Of a stretch of 64,000 nt of DNA, positions 17,668 through 28,834 are shown piece by piece. Under the pieces are notes generated by a model. It worked only from the letters and a program-made list of their open reading frames with translations. It was not told where the DNA came from and searched no databases. The position numbers and the translations under genes are program-made. This stretch comes from an uncultured Verrucomicrobiae bacterium (GTDB lineage Bacteria; Chlamydiota; Chlamydiia; Chlamydiales; Rhabdochlamydiaceae): positions 29,437 to 93,436 of the forward strand of contig CAWESW010000056.1 in assembly GCA_963811735.1 (NCBI GenBank), written 5' to 3'. Position 1 is the stretch's first letter, and every line of letters starts with the position of its first letter.

Positions 17668-20385
17668 TCAACCATTAAATGCCGTTTGCATGATCTCATC
17701 TAATTGCTTTTTGTGCAGCGCATGGGAGCCGGCCGCAGGGGATGCGCTCCGGTCTCTTCCGATATACTTCACAGCGTCTTTTGCACCAAGCAGTTCATTA
17801 AAGAAGGGGCGGATATACTCCCATGCCCCCATATTGCTGTGCTCTTCCTGAATCCAGCAGATCCCCTCTGACGGAGCGTATTTCTGCAGGATCTCTTTCA
17901 CTTTGGCCATGGGGAAAGGATAGAGCTGCTCGATGCGCACAAAAGCGCACTCTTTGATCTCTCGCTTTTGCCGCTCCTGAAGCAGGTCGTAATAGATCTT
18001 GCCGCTGCAAAAGAAGAGCTTGCGGACCTTTTGCAAAGAGCTAGGATCGTCGAGCACTTCGTGGAATTTGCCCTGGCTAAAATCGTTCATGCTAGAGACG
18101 CATAAAGGATGGCGGAGAAGAGTTTTTGGGGTGAAGAGAATAAGGGGTTTTTTGACGCTTAAGTGCGCCTGCGTTCTGAGAAGGTGGAACAATTGCGCAG
18201 GCGTAGAGCAGTTGGCCACCCGCATGTTCTCATGGCCGGATAGCTGAAGGAAGCGCTCAATGCGCGCCGAGGAGTGTTCCGGTCCCTGTCCTTCATAGCC
18301 GTGAGGGAGCATCAAGGTCAGATTGGAGTTTAAGGCCCACTTTTGCTCTGCGGAGGCGATGAATTGGTCGATGATGATCTGAGCGCCGTTGGCAAAGTCT
18401 CCAAACTGCGCCTCCCAGATCACCAGCGAATTCGGGTAGGCGATGCTGTATCCAAAGTCGAATCCGAGGACAGCGTATTCGGAGAGGGGAGAGTTGAAAA
18501 CGTCGAACGGCGCTTGTGTTTCACTGAGATGAGATAATGGAAAATACCTCAACTCTTTGACCTGGTCGACCCAGACAGAGTGGCGATGAGAAAAGGTTCC
18601 GCGCCGCACATCTTGGCCGGACAAACGGACGTGGATTTTTTCATTTAAAAGAGACGCATACGCCAGGTGCTCTCCCATGCCCCAATCGATGCTGCTTGCG
18701 GCAGCGTCCGCGTGGACCATAGCGAGCCTTTCCTGAATAAGCCTTTTGATCTTGGGGTGGATTCGAAGATCATCAGGGACTGTGCAGAACTTTTCGGCCA
18801 AAGAGAGCAGCGTTTTCGCATCGACGGAGGTCTTGATCTCTGTTGGAGGGGAACTTTGTATCTCTTTGGAAGCGGGCTTTGCCTCTGCAAGCGCCGGGAT
18901 TCCTTCAAGGGCTTTTTGCAAGCCTTGTTTGAAATCGTTTTCGAACGCCTCTGCTTCTGCGGCACTTAGGATATTTTCCTGGATCAACTGATCGCGGAAG
19001 ATTTCGCGGATCGTCTTTTTGGCCTTGATCAAGGCATATTCCAAAGGCTGGGTGAACGTCGGCTCGTCCCCTTCATTGTGTCCATATTTCCGGTAGCAGT
19101 TCAGGTCGATGAAAACGTCGCAGTGGAATTTCTGGCGCAGATCGATGGCCAGATTGGCAGCCCTGACGCACCCTTGAGGATCTTCCGCATTGACATGAAA
19201 AATAGGAGCGCCAAAAGCCCTTGCAATCTCGGAACAATACATCGTCGAGCGGGAGTCTTTGGGAAGCGTGGTGAAACCGATCTGGTTGTTGATCACGACG
19301 TGCAAGGTGCCTCCCGTCGCATAGCCGTCCAGCTTCGATAGTTGGATCGTCTCATAGACAACGCCTTGGCCAGCCACTGCGGCATCGCCGTGAAGGAGGA
19401 TCGGAATAATCTGCCGGCGCTGATTTTTATCTTTTTTAAGCTCTTGCTTTGCCCTCACGTATCCTTCGACGACAGGGTCGACAGCCTCAAGATGGCTTGG
19501 ATTGGCAACCAGTGTGACCGTGACCTTTTTTCCCGATGAGGCGGTCAGAGTTCCGATATAGCCTTTATGATACTTGACGTCTCCGGTGCCTTCTTGCAGA
19601 TCGGGCGTGTAAAAGTCTTCGAACTCGTGGAAGATATTCGCATAAGATTTGTTAAGGATGTTGGCCAGTACGTTGAGCCTGCCGCGATGGGCCATGCCCA
19701 GGACGACTTCCTGGACATTTTCTTCCGCTCCGCGCTCGATCATCGAAGAGAGCATGGGGATCATCGTCTCTCCGCCTTCTAAAGAGAACCGCTTTTGACC
19801 GACGTATTTAGTATGCAGAAAGGACTCGAACAATTCCGCCTTGTTCAAGTTGTGCAGGATCTGAATTTTATCGCGATTGTCCAGATTCAGCGGGAAGAGC
19901 GGTTCGATCTGCTGCTGGAGCCATTGCTCTAATTCGATGTTCCCCAGCCCCATGTACTCAATCCCCACCGTCCCGCAATACGTCTTCTTAAGGGCGGCGA
20001 TGAGCGTTTTCAAGGGAGCTTGCTTCTCCTTTAAAAACCCGCAGGTGGGAAATGAAGCGTCCAACTCCTCCTTTTTAAAGCCTAGAGTTTCAATATTGAG
20101 CTCTTTGGGCTCTTGCGGCAAGCTGGTCGCCACCGGATTGAAACTCGCCATCAGATGGCCGAATTTGCGAAAGGCGTCGATCAGAAGATAAATTCTTAAG
20201 TCGGGACTCTCTTTGCGCTCCATCGTTGGCATGGAAGGCATCGCGCTCATGCCAAAGGTCATTCCCTCAAAGAAATGGCGCCAGGAAGCCTCTACGCTGT
20301 TGGGATCGCTGAGATAATTCTGATAGAGTTGCTCAAGCGCGGGCAGATTCGCCAAGTTGGCATAGGAAAAGTCATTGTCGCTCAT
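17668..20385 (-). CDS. sucA: 2-oxoglutarate dehydrogenase E1
   Basis: [35 protein letters not shown]. Confidence 0.95.
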   Translation of the reverse strand: MSDNDFSYANLANLPALEQLYQNYLSDPNSVEASWRHFFEGMTFGMSAMPSMPTMERKESPDLRIYLLIDAFRKFGHLMASFNPVATSLPQEPKELNIETLGFKKEELDASFPTCGFLKEKQAPLKTLIAALKKTYCGTVGIEYMGLGNIELEQWLQQQIEPLFPLNLDNRDKIQILHNLNKAELFESFLHTKYVGQKRFSLEGGETMIPMLSSMIERGAEENVQEVVLGMAHRGRLNVLANILNKSYANIFHEFEDFYTPDLQEGTGDVKYHKGYIGTLTASSGKKVTVTLVANPSHLEAVDPVVEGYVRAKQELKKDKNQRRQIIPILLHGDAAVAGQGVVYETIQLSKLDGYATGGTLHVVINNQIGFTTLPKDSRSTMYCSEIARAFGAPIFHVNAEDPQGCVRAANLAIDLRQKFHCDVFIDLNCYRKYGHNEGDEPTFTQPLEYALIKAKKTIREIFRDQLIQENILSAAEAEAFENDFKQGLQKALEGIPALAEAKPASKEIQSSPPTEIKTSVDAKTLLSLAEKFCTVPDDLRIHPKIKRLIQERLAMVHADAAASSIDWGMGEHLAYASLLNEKIHVRLSGQDVRRGTFSHRHSVWVDQVKELRYFPLSHLSETQAPFDVFNSPLSEYAVLGFDFGYSIAYPNSLVIWEAQFGDFANGAQIIIDQFIASAEQKWALNSNLTLMLPHGYEGQGPEHSSARIERFLQLSGHENMRVANCSTPAQLFHLLRTQAHLSVKKPLILFTPKTLLRHPLCVSSMNDFSQGKFHEVLDDPSSLQKVRKLFFCSGKIYYDLLQERQKREIKECAFVRIEQLYPFPMAKVKEILQKYAPSEGICWIQEEHSNMGAWEYIRPFFNELLGAKDAVKYIGRDRSASPAAGSHALHKKQLDEIMQTAFNG

Positions 20386-20446
20386 CGTTGCTCCCTCAAC
20401 TTCGTCATTTCCGATAAATATCAAATTAATAATTTAAACACACCTC

Positions 20447-20614
20447 TATACTGCTTCCACTTGAAAGTTGGAGAATTTGCCAACGCCGAAGGCGGCAGAT
20501 TTGCATCCGAATCCCGCCCGGGTCACTATTGAGAAACTAGGACCCGGGCGGGTCGGATGCGAAGATGCCCCTTCGGCTAAGGCAAAACTCCAACTTTCAA
20601 GTGGAAGCAGTATA
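20447..20614. mobile_element. Palindromic element with TATAC termini (168 bp)
   Basis: 27-bp perfect terminal IR TATACTGCTTCCACTTGAAAGTTGGAG; nested stems down to CCCGCCCGGGTC/GACCCGGGCGGG. Confidence 0.88.
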
Positions 20615-20728
20615 TATGAATGAAGTGAAAAAAAAATTAGCAGGGACACGAGAGTTCCTTGCACTTAATCCCAATCATCATTAATACTTTCCGGCTCAAC
20701 GGAGAAAAAATGTCGGGATATTTTCCTA

Positions 20729-20838
20729 AGAGGTTGCCTGCGAATTAAGGCTTCTGTATTTTCGGGATTTTTTTTGGCCGCTTAAAATCGGCTTAAAAGA
20801 ACCCGAAAATACAGAAGCTTAATTCGCAGACAACCTCA
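20729..20838. mobile_element. Palindromic element family A, internally deleted copy
   Basis: GAGGTTG(C/T)CTGCGAATTAAG termini and TTTTCGGG...CCCGAAAA stem; inner hairpin missing. Confidence 0.85.
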
Positions 20839-20953
20839 TATTTCCCCTGTGAATTAAAAAATGTTTTTACATTTGGTTTGCATAAAAAATAAGGCTTCAG
20901 TAAATACACGAAACATGATGAAGTTGTAAATTCCTGCTAAAAGGTGTCGGTCG

Positions 20954-21418
20954 ATGAACATTAAAAGTGAGCGTTTGAAAAAGTTAGAATCTGAATTCCA
21001 GGATCTTGAGCAATGGCTTAAGCTTGGCCTCGTCCCAAAAAAGGACATGGAGAAGCACAAAGAAGAGATGAACGCTTTGCACGATAAGATCGGCGAAGAA
21101 AAAGAACGTCTTCGTTTCCTTAAAGAAAGCGGCGAAATGGAGGAGTTCAGCGCTCCCAAACGCCCCGGAGGCCGCCAACCTGCGCATGAGCCGCAGAGCC
21201 TTCCCGACATCGACATCGCTGAGGAAGGCTTCACCGACGCAGGGCTCGACATGGAGACGGAACCCTTTGATGTTGAGACGACTGCAACCGGCGAAGAGGG
21301 GGAAGAAGCGGACGAAGAAGCTGCTGTCCCTGAAGAAGAGGAAGACGAAGACCCCTTCAGCGATCGCAACCGCTGGCGCCGCGGCGTCCTCGAAGACCCC
21401 GATGCAAACGACTGGTAA
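20954..21418 (+). CDS. Conserved chlamydial acidic hypothetical protein (CT053-like)
   Basis: KSERLKKLESE..DLEQWLKLGLVPKK, DPFSDRNRWRRG; lies between sucA and hemW. Confidence 0.85.
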   Translation: MNIKSERLKKLESEFQDLEQWLKLGLVPKKDMEKHKEEMNALHDKIGEEKERLRFLKESGEMEEFSAPKRPGGRQPAHEPQSLPDIDIAEEGFTDAGLDMETEPFDVETTATGEEGEEADEEAAVPEEEEDEDPFSDRNRWRRGVLEDPDANDW

Positions 21419-22562
21419 TTTATTCCGCAATCGGGATGTCAGCCTCTATTTCCACATCCCGTTTTGCTCTAAAAAATGTCCCTACTGCCACTTCTTCGTG
21501 CTTCCCAATGAAGAGCGATTCAAAAAACCGTTCCTTCCCGCTCTACTGAAAGAGTTCGCATTGCGGCGGCCCCAGTTGCAAGGCAAGCGGATTGTCTCCA
21601 TTTATTTCGGGGGAGGCACCCCGACCAAGCTCTCTCCTGAAGAATATGCTCAGATCCTGGATGCCATCCGTTGCTCGTCCATCGAGTTGTCGGAGGACTG
21701 CGAGATCACAATGGAGGCCAATCCCGAAGATGTGACACTCCCTCTAATGAGGCAATTTCAGTCCTTGGGCGTCAACCGGATCAGCCTCGGCGTCCAGTCA
21801 TTGATCGACGATGATCTCGTTATTCTAGGCCGCACCCATAATGTCAACCGCTCAATGAGCGCCATTCATGAGGTTCACCGGGCCGGCATTACCAATATCT
21901 CGATCGACCTCATGTTCGAGCTGCCCCGCCAGACTTTAACCACGTGGGAAAAGTGTTTGAAGGCACTTTCCAGCCTGCCGGTGAGCCATCTCTCCCTTTA
22001 TAATCTCACCTTTGAGCCGCAAACTGTTTTCTTTAAACGAAGGGATCAGCTCCTCCCGCAGCTGCCGCCCGATGAAGAGCGTCTAAAAATGCTCCAGATT
22101 GCCACCCTGTCGCTCGAATCTCTGGGGCTAAACCGCTATGAGATCTCCGCCTTTGCCAAGCCCGGGATGCAATCCAGACACAATACAGGCTATTGGACAG
22201 GACGGCCATTTTTAGGCCTAGGGCCTTCCGCCTTCAGTTATTGGGAAGGTTCGCGATTCTCCAATGCTGCGCATTTCAACAAATATCTTACGTTGCTCGA
22301 CCAAGACCGGTTTCCCGTCGACTTCGAGGAAAAACTTGAATTTCCTAAAGATCTGCAGGAATTGTTTGCCGTTCGCTTAAGGCTCGTGGAAGGGGTGGAT
22401 TTATCCCTATTTGCTGAGCGTTACGGCCCTTTGCCGCAAATCGTTGAGCAGTCTCTTCAATCCCTGATTGAAAGGGGGTGGCTGAGCCGCGAGGGAGACC
22501 ATGTGAAATTGACCGCATCCGGGCAATTGTTTTACGACAGCGCTGCTTCTGAACTTATTTGA
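21402..22562 (+). CDS. hemW: Radical SAM heme chaperone HemW / HemN-like
   Basis: LYFHIPFCSKKCPYCHF, YFGGGTP, YEISAF, SRHNTGYW. Confidence 0.9.
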   Translation: MQTTGNLFRNRDVSLYFHIPFCSKKCPYCHFFVLPNEERFKKPFLPALLKEFALRRPQLQGKRIVSIYFGGGTPTKLSPEEYAQILDAIRCSSIELSEDCEITMEANPEDVTLPLMRQFQSLGVNRISLGVQSLIDDDLVILGRTHNVNRSMSAIHEVHRAGITNISIDLMFELPRQTLTTWEKCLKALSSLPVSHLSLYNLTFEPQTVFFKRRDQLLPQLPPDEERLKMLQIATLSLESLGLNRYEISAFAKPGMQSRHNTGYWTGRPFLGLGPSAFSYWEGSRFSNAAHFNKYLTLLDQDRFPVDFEEKLEFPKDLQELFAVRLRLVEGVDLSLFAERYGPLPQIVEQSLQSLIERGWLSREGDHVKLTASGQLFYDSAASELI

Positions 22563-22575
22563 GGTCTCTAGAAAT

Positions 22576-22605
22576 GAAAAAGGAGCGGCTTTTTGCCGCT
22601 CCCTT
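22576..22605. terminator. Bidirectional terminator
   Basis: AAAAAGGAGCGGC-TTTTT-GCCGCTCC between convergent genes. Confidence 0.7.
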
Positions 22606-22658
22606 TAGGATGGACGAAGATTCGTCCACCCGGACTTAGGTCACCTGGATGATGAACC

Positions 22659-24122
22659 TTATGCGCCGATGATACGGTGCAATACGTCATAGCGAACTTG
22701 CTGAGTAGTTGAACCAACAGGCATTGTCATTTCTTTGTAGAACTGACCGAGCTTGGTAGCTTCTGCTCTAGCGAGGTTGCCAGCGTTACCGAGGTTAGCA
22801 TTAACCACAGCAAGTTTACCACTGACGATATGGCCGTGGTAATCGTGTACGCCGATCTCTACTCGTTTAGCTTCGAGATCATCGAACTCTTTCTTAGCAA
22901 CAACGAACTCAGCTAATTTAGCTTCATACTCACCCTGTGCTGTCTTAAGAGCTTCAGGCAATGTTGTTTGTTTAAGAAGGTTAATCAGTACGGCAGCATC
23001 AGAAGTTGCTGCTACGCCGAAGACAGCGAAGAATTCGCGTCTGAGAGCAGCATCAGCACCATCCAGTGCACGTTTAGCAGCTTGCATTTTTGCATCAGCT
23101 TTGAAAAGATCGCCGTTTGGATCCATATAATAGGCTCCGCACAGTTTTCCAAGCTCTTCATTTAAAAGCTTCTGCTCTGCTTCGTAAGCAGTTCTTAGAT
23201 CTTTTTCAATTGCTTCAACTTTTGGATTGTTGACAGCTGGATCTAAGTGTGCGTTGCTAAGATCGTTGAAAGCAGCAGTATGCTTTTTCCTGATAGCTTC
23301 ACGTAAGGAAGCTTCGATGGAAACGATATCGTTTCCTTCTTCGAAGAATCCAAAGATGTCTTTAGCTTTCTGGGTAAAGCTTTGGATTGTGATTTTATCA
23401 ACGGTCTGGCCAGCAAAAGCAGTAACCATGTCGCCATAGATTCTCTTGCTGATGCCTGCTTTTGCTGTACCGAGCATAAGCTCAAAGTTCGATCTGGAAC
23501 CTACTCTTCCTTCTTTTTCTAAAGCATTAACATGATTGTCAAGGCCTAAGAAAGCGCCTCCGGTGCAGATGCCGAAGTGATTGCTATTCTCATTAATTCC
23601 GAGCTCTTTGCAGCGATCTTTGAAGACTTCATAGAAAGCTTTTTCAGCATCTTGAGCTCTGCCTAATTTCGCAGCGCTAAGTTTTTGAGCTTCGGGACTA
23701 TTGAATTTCAGAGCAGCAACTCCAGAAATTTGGGCTTCTTCAGGAGTCAGATCCCGCATACCAGCGGCCTCAACAAAGGCTGTTAGCAATCGGTTGTATT
23801 TCTCAATAGTAGCGCCGTGAGCTGCGTCAGCTGTAACAGCTGTGCTTCTATTCCAAAAGTAGCTTACAACTCCAAAAAATTTAGAGTACCATGGAGCTTG
23901 AGTTACTTTCTCTTCCCACAAGTTGAAAAGATTGCTTTTAGAAAGCTTTCTCTCAAAATCTTTTTCTGTGAGAGCTGTTGTAACAGGAGCTGGTGCTGTT
24001 ACTGTAGCAGTTGTAGAACTGCTTGTTGTAGATGTAGAACTGCTTGTTGAAGTAGTGCTACCTGTTGTAGAAGTAGAGCTACTTGGTGCAGTTGTAGAAG
24101 TTATTGATGGTATACTTGTCAT
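22659..24122 (-). CDS. Hypothetical protein with Ser/Thr-rich N-terminus and coiled coils, putative T3SS substrate
   Basis: 487-aa ORF; N-terminal ~50 aa mostly S/T; GGAGG RBS. Confidence 0.85.
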   Translation of the reverse strand: MTSIPSITSTTAPSSSTSTTGSTTSTSSSTSTTSSSTTATVTAPAPVTTALTEKDFERKLSKSNLFNLWEEKVTQAPWYSKFFGVVSYFWNRSTAVTADAAHGATIEKYNRLLTAFVEAAGMRDLTPEEAQISGVAALKFNSPEAQKLSAAKLGRAQDAEKAFYEVFKDRCKELGINENSNHFGICTGGAFLGLDNHVNALEKEGRVGSRSNFELMLGTAKAGISKRIYGDMVTAFAGQTVDKITIQSFTQKAKDIFGFFEEGNDIVSIEASLREAIRKKHTAAFNDLSNAHLDPAVNNPKVEAIEKDLRTAYEAEQKLLNEELGKLCGAYYMDPNGDLFKADAKMQAAKRALDGADAALRREFFAVFGVAATSDAAVLINLLKQTTLPEALKTAQGEYEAKLAEFVVAKKEFDDLEAKRVEIGVHDYHGHIVSGKLAVVNANLGNAGNLARAEATKLGQFYKEMTMPVGSTTQQVRYDVLHRIIGA

Positions 24123-24481
24123 AACTATATTTTCCTCCGAAACTAATTCTAATGATTAACTAATTGCTGATATTTCTGCGTTACGACTAAATTATACGTG
24201 CATCAGTTAATTAAGTTCAATTCATTTTCTGTTTAAATGTGATTAAAATCAAAAGTGATGTGATTTGTGATCGTGTAAAAATTTGAATGATTACTTATCT
24301 GTGTATTTTCGGTAGAATTAAAGTTTGAATGTGTTTTATTTGTTATCTTCAATTTTTAAAATTTGATTTGGGCGTTTATTTTGCGTGTTTTGCTTAATTA
24401 AATCAATAAACATGTGAGTAAAGTTGGAACTTTAAATGTTAATTAAAATTTTACAGGAGAAACTCTGAGAGAGGATGAGGT

Positions 24482-25765
24482 TTAATCATTATCCAGCCAG
24501 CGAGCAACGGCATGGACGAAGCGGCGTGGGTCATCGTTAAAATGGTGTTTCGCCCAATCGCGGTCCCAAGCTTCGATCACAACACTCTCTGCTTCAGCGT
24601 GCTCTCGGATGCGTTGGAAGAGCTGCTCTTTCCGATCGAACTCTTTGTCCATCAGTCTGGTCATTTTTTCCTTTACCTGCAGATCTGCTCTTCTTTGCAT
24701 GAAAGTTTCATAGACATCTTCGGCCTGTTGGCGGATGTTTTGAGGAATTGCAGAAGAGATTCTACGGCATTCATTCGCCATGCGTCTGTGTTCTCTCTCA
24801 AGGACAGTGAGGAGAAGCGCGCCGGGGTTTAATTCTTTAAAGTGGTTCCAGACTTTTTCATAAATGCCGCCACGAGGGGAGCGTCCCAATCTCAATTCAT
24901 TAATGATCCTTAGTTTCGCACGATTGGGAAGATGCGCATACCAATCAGGTCGGGAGAGATCATGTCCTGCGAGATCCAGATCAATCGAAGTGACTAATGC
25001 ACCAGGGGTTGGACGGAAAGTGGGCGTTGAGGGTGGAACATTAGTGATTGGGGTAGGCGAAGTCACATTGGGAGGCGGGGGAGGCGGCGGCGGCGGAGTA
25101 TTGTTAGTAGGTGGTGTAGGCGCGGGAGGGTTAGGATTGGGTAGGGTTGGCGGAATGTTGTTAACAGGTGGCGTAGGCGCGGGAGGGTTAGGATTTGGCG
25201 GGGTTGGCGGAGTATTGTTAGAGGTGGTGTAGGCGCGGGAGGCGTAGAAGGGGAAGCGGGAGGGGTGATGAGGTTCATGGGATTAGAGGAGTTTGGCCTG
25301 TTCATTCCAGCGCGGACGATTTCTTCCATTGTGTTCCAGACATCCTGCGCTTTAATGGCGCTGGCTTGAATTTGCTTTCCGGAAACGGCAAGAGAAACCG
25401 GCCATTTGATCGGCAATTAGCGAGTTTGTGGGTTGAATTAAAAAATCATGAGAAACCATCGTGTCGTCTTTTTTGATCAATCCCTGCGTATTCATTCCTT
25501 TCAGCTCATAAGGAGCTTCATTTAATGATTGGCGTTGAGCATCGTGCGCATTGAGAAGCCCCCAAGTAAGGCTGCGGACTTTTTCGAAGCTTTGCGGGTC
25601 AAAATTCGCAGGGAGATACGTTTTGGTCCCATCGGTCTCTTGGATATAGACGTAGACTTTGTAATTTCCGCTTTTAAGCGCAAGCGTGCAGACATGTCCA
25701 GGCTTCGGAGTTGAAGCGGGGGCGGGTTGCGAGGCGGTTGTTGCGCTTATTGTTGATGTTGACAT
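24482..25765 (-). pseudogene. Pro-rich repeat protein split by two frameshifts (pseudogene or sequencing error)
   Basis: ORFs 25352-25765, 25063-25416 and the frame ending at 24482 join into one protein; shifts near 25395 and 25221. Confidence 0.7.
25092..25242 (-). repeat. 57-bp (19-aa, NNTPPTPPNPNPPAPTPPx) tandem repeat, ~2.7 copies
   Basis: Unit starts GGCGGA at 25092, 25149 and 25206. Confidence 0.85.
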
Positions 25766-26228
25766 GAGTGTTTACATTCTATTTGAGTTTGTATTTTTGA
25801 ATTAGTTTAATTTTATCATTTAAGTATTTTGATTTCAATTTAAGTTAGTATTTTAAGTTGTTGTTGCGTTTATTAAATTTTTATTTTTGATTAACTGTGT
25901 GATGTTTTTTTTATTTGAATAAATGCATTTGCATCATCGATGAAGTGTTTGCGCTCTATTTTACAAGTCGTTCATAGTTAGTTGTTTAAAATTTTTATTT
26001 TTCTTGGTCTAGTTGTTTTTTACAAGAATTCGTTGTTTGTAAATATGAATTAATTTTATCTTTGTTTTGTTAAGTTGCTTTTAACGGACTTTTTATTATT
26101 GTTTCTGTTTATTATTTAATCTCTGATGTGTAGTATTAAATTGCTTGGTTGTAATTAATGAATAGATAAACTGAGAAAGTAAAAAATGGCCTTTTAGGCA
26201 TGAAATTATTGAATAATGGGATAGTCTC

Positions 26229-28711
26229 ATGGCAATGAATGCGCTAACTCCAGTCACGATTAATTATAAATTTAAAGTTCCCGCTGAACTCCAATCTCAG
26301 GCTGAGCCGCGACGTTCTTCAGGTGCTTTTTTGCCAAAAAATGATTTCACTTCTGGAACTCCCCTTGCAGGTAGAGTAAATACATTTTTAGAATTCCTGG
26401 GCCACATTGATAGACGGGCTATTGAATCTTTTATTGAAATCCCTTTAAGAGCCGTTCCCGCTGCGCAAGAGCTCCCCTTTTTGACGAGCGGGGCAACGAG
26501 CACAGAGGATAATATCGCCAATATCTCCTATTTCATCAGGACTTTGATGCCGGAAGCTGTTTCGACCCAGGCTGTCGGCGTAACGACGGGGGAAAACGTT
26601 TTTCAAGGATTGTGGGCGGCCGTTAAGTCCATCGAGCGTTTTAAATGGGCCAGAGAGATTGGCGATACAGGAGGAATGATTGAAGGCGGTACAGATGTCA
26701 TTAGAGGAGCCTCCCAATCCGCCGGGGGTGCTGCTTATCTTGGATATCGCGCAGCGATGATCCCCGCCGATATCCAAAACCTAGATACGTCTTTCTATGC
26801 GACAACGTTTATTGGGAAATCGGCCTTCGTCCTGGGGACGATCGGCAACATCTTTTTTACGGTCTTTTATGTGATGATCGCACTCTGGTCTGCCTATGGG
26901 TTTGCCAAAGACTGGCAATTCAGCATTGGGATGAAAGCGCATGAGGGAAGCGGGAGCCACCTCTATTTGAGTTTTTAATGCACAAAGTCAAGGCGGACCC
27001 AAAAGCAAAACTGCAAAAACTGACGCATTATTGGGAGGGTTTGACTCCCGATCAACGGATCAAACAATACAACGCGTTTAAAGAGCATCTTTCCAGGGCA
27101 GCTCTTGACGCCATGGTGGACCAGTTCCTAGAGCTGCAAAAAACTTCTCTTGAAGCCGGAAAACTCGATGGCAAAAAGCCCCTGTCACGGGCTGAAGTCA
27201 CAGACGTCCTAACAATGTTGTTTGCGGTCAAAGACGACGAACTAAGGAGCGGCAGCGCTTATGCAAATTACTTGTCGTCGCTGGGCTTGCAGAGCGAGGA
27301 AGTAGAGAGATTTGATTTTTCGACTCTCGAGCTGATCGGTTTTAAATTGCAGGAGATGAAGCGTCAAAGCAAAAAAGATGCGAAAATGTCCCGAGTGACC
27401 GATGAGGACTGTGTCGAAGCAGTCAAAAAAGCGGGGAGCCGAGGCTTAAGCGAGCGCTTGATCTCAAATGACCCTCTTGTCAACGATTCTGCGCAAAAGG
27501 AAATTTCCGAGCTGAAGGGAAAAATCACTTCTGTGAATATGAAAAACAAGTGCATTCACGGGACGATACTGACGTATGCGATTTTAGGCATCGCCTTATC
27601 TGTTCTTGGGTTCTTCATCGCGATGCCGCCGGGGGCGATGATCGCGCTTACGGTCATCACACTGCTACTTTGCATTGGGATGATGGCGACAGACGGTTAT
27701 TTCATGGTGCAAGGGTGGAATTACGGGGCGCCCGGGCTGCACGACAAGAAGTACCTCCTGATCATCTCTTCCGTGATTCTAGTCGCTCTTGTTGTCAGCG
27801 TCAGCGTGACATTGGGACTTGGATTGCCTCTTTTGCCTTTGATCTTGGCCTGTGTCATTGGAGGAGTTAGCCTCGGATTGGCGAGCATCGCCTACACCAT
27901 GCTGATCCTTAAAGAGAAAAAATGGATTGAGGACCACCCCGATCTCATCAAATTCCAGGAGATCCTCAATGCGCAGTTGACTTATGACGATGCAGCCCAA
28001 GTGCCTGACCACGAAAGTCTTTATCATTCCGGCTGCGTCAAAGCCCCGGGGTTGAGACCATCGGCAAGGGGGGTAGTATTGAGCTCAATACAACCCCCCT
28101 TGCCGATGGCTCAACCGCGGGAGCTTTCACGCAGCCCGAATGACAAAGACTTTCGTGGTCAGGCACTAGATGAGAAGGTCACCGCTGTGTTCAAAAAATT
28201 GCCAAAGGCCGCTCGAAGAGCTGTGCGCGAGAAATACTTTGAGATGAGCAGTCAGGGCGAGCTCGGCTTTAAAACAGCGAAATACCGGACTTTGGACTCA
28301 AACCGTGACTTTGGCTCCGCTTATCTCTTCAGCCAGGTCCAACCTGAGAGTATGAGCGATGCAAATGAGTATGATCTGTTTGTCCGTGGGATGAAAAAGA
28401 CTGCCAAGTTGTTCTGGCAGAAATGGGAAAATGCAAAGACGGAAGAGAACAAGCGGATTGCTATGGAAATGCAAGCCTTGTTTGAAAGGGTGTCTCGCAA
28501 GAATAGTCAGGATGTCGAGGAACGCATAAATTCCCTCATGGCTAACCAATCCGCTTATCTGCAGCTCAAAAGAAATTTGTGGTATATCGCCAAGCGCCAG
28601 GAGAGCCAAGCGGATTTGAAAAAGGCGGTTGACGCTGTGATCGCAGAGGAAGCTGCCAATCATTTAGAGATCAATCCTCTACCCGAACGCTTGGTTGATG
28701 CTTTTAATTAA
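26229..28711 (+). pseudogene. Inc-like membrane protein with bilobed hydrophobic domains; one apparent frameshift near 26960 (or two abutting genes)
   Basis: 26229-26978 plus 26978-28711 together parallel the paralog 28835-30292; upstream frame reads LFEFL into MHKVK. Confidence 0.65.
28000..28167. mobile_element. Palindromic element family B inserted in frame in a CDS
   Basis: 23-bp perfect terminal IR AGTGCCTGACCACGAAAGTCTTT; 168 bp; shares its middle stem with 55421-55585. Confidence 0.9.
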
Positions 28712-28834
28712 TGATAGCTGTTGTTTGTTGTAATTATAATTGATTGATAGTTATTATATTATAATAATTCGTCGTCTTCCGTTAATTTGTTTTAGTTGAT
28801 ATAATTTCGTCGACGTGAGAACGGAGTTAAAATT

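Noticed and set aside
21186-21401. 5' extensions of hemW (also 1237-1569, 30213-30341, 37690-37791)
   Set aside because: They overlap upstream genes or regulatory DNA; downstream ATGs fit the family N-termini
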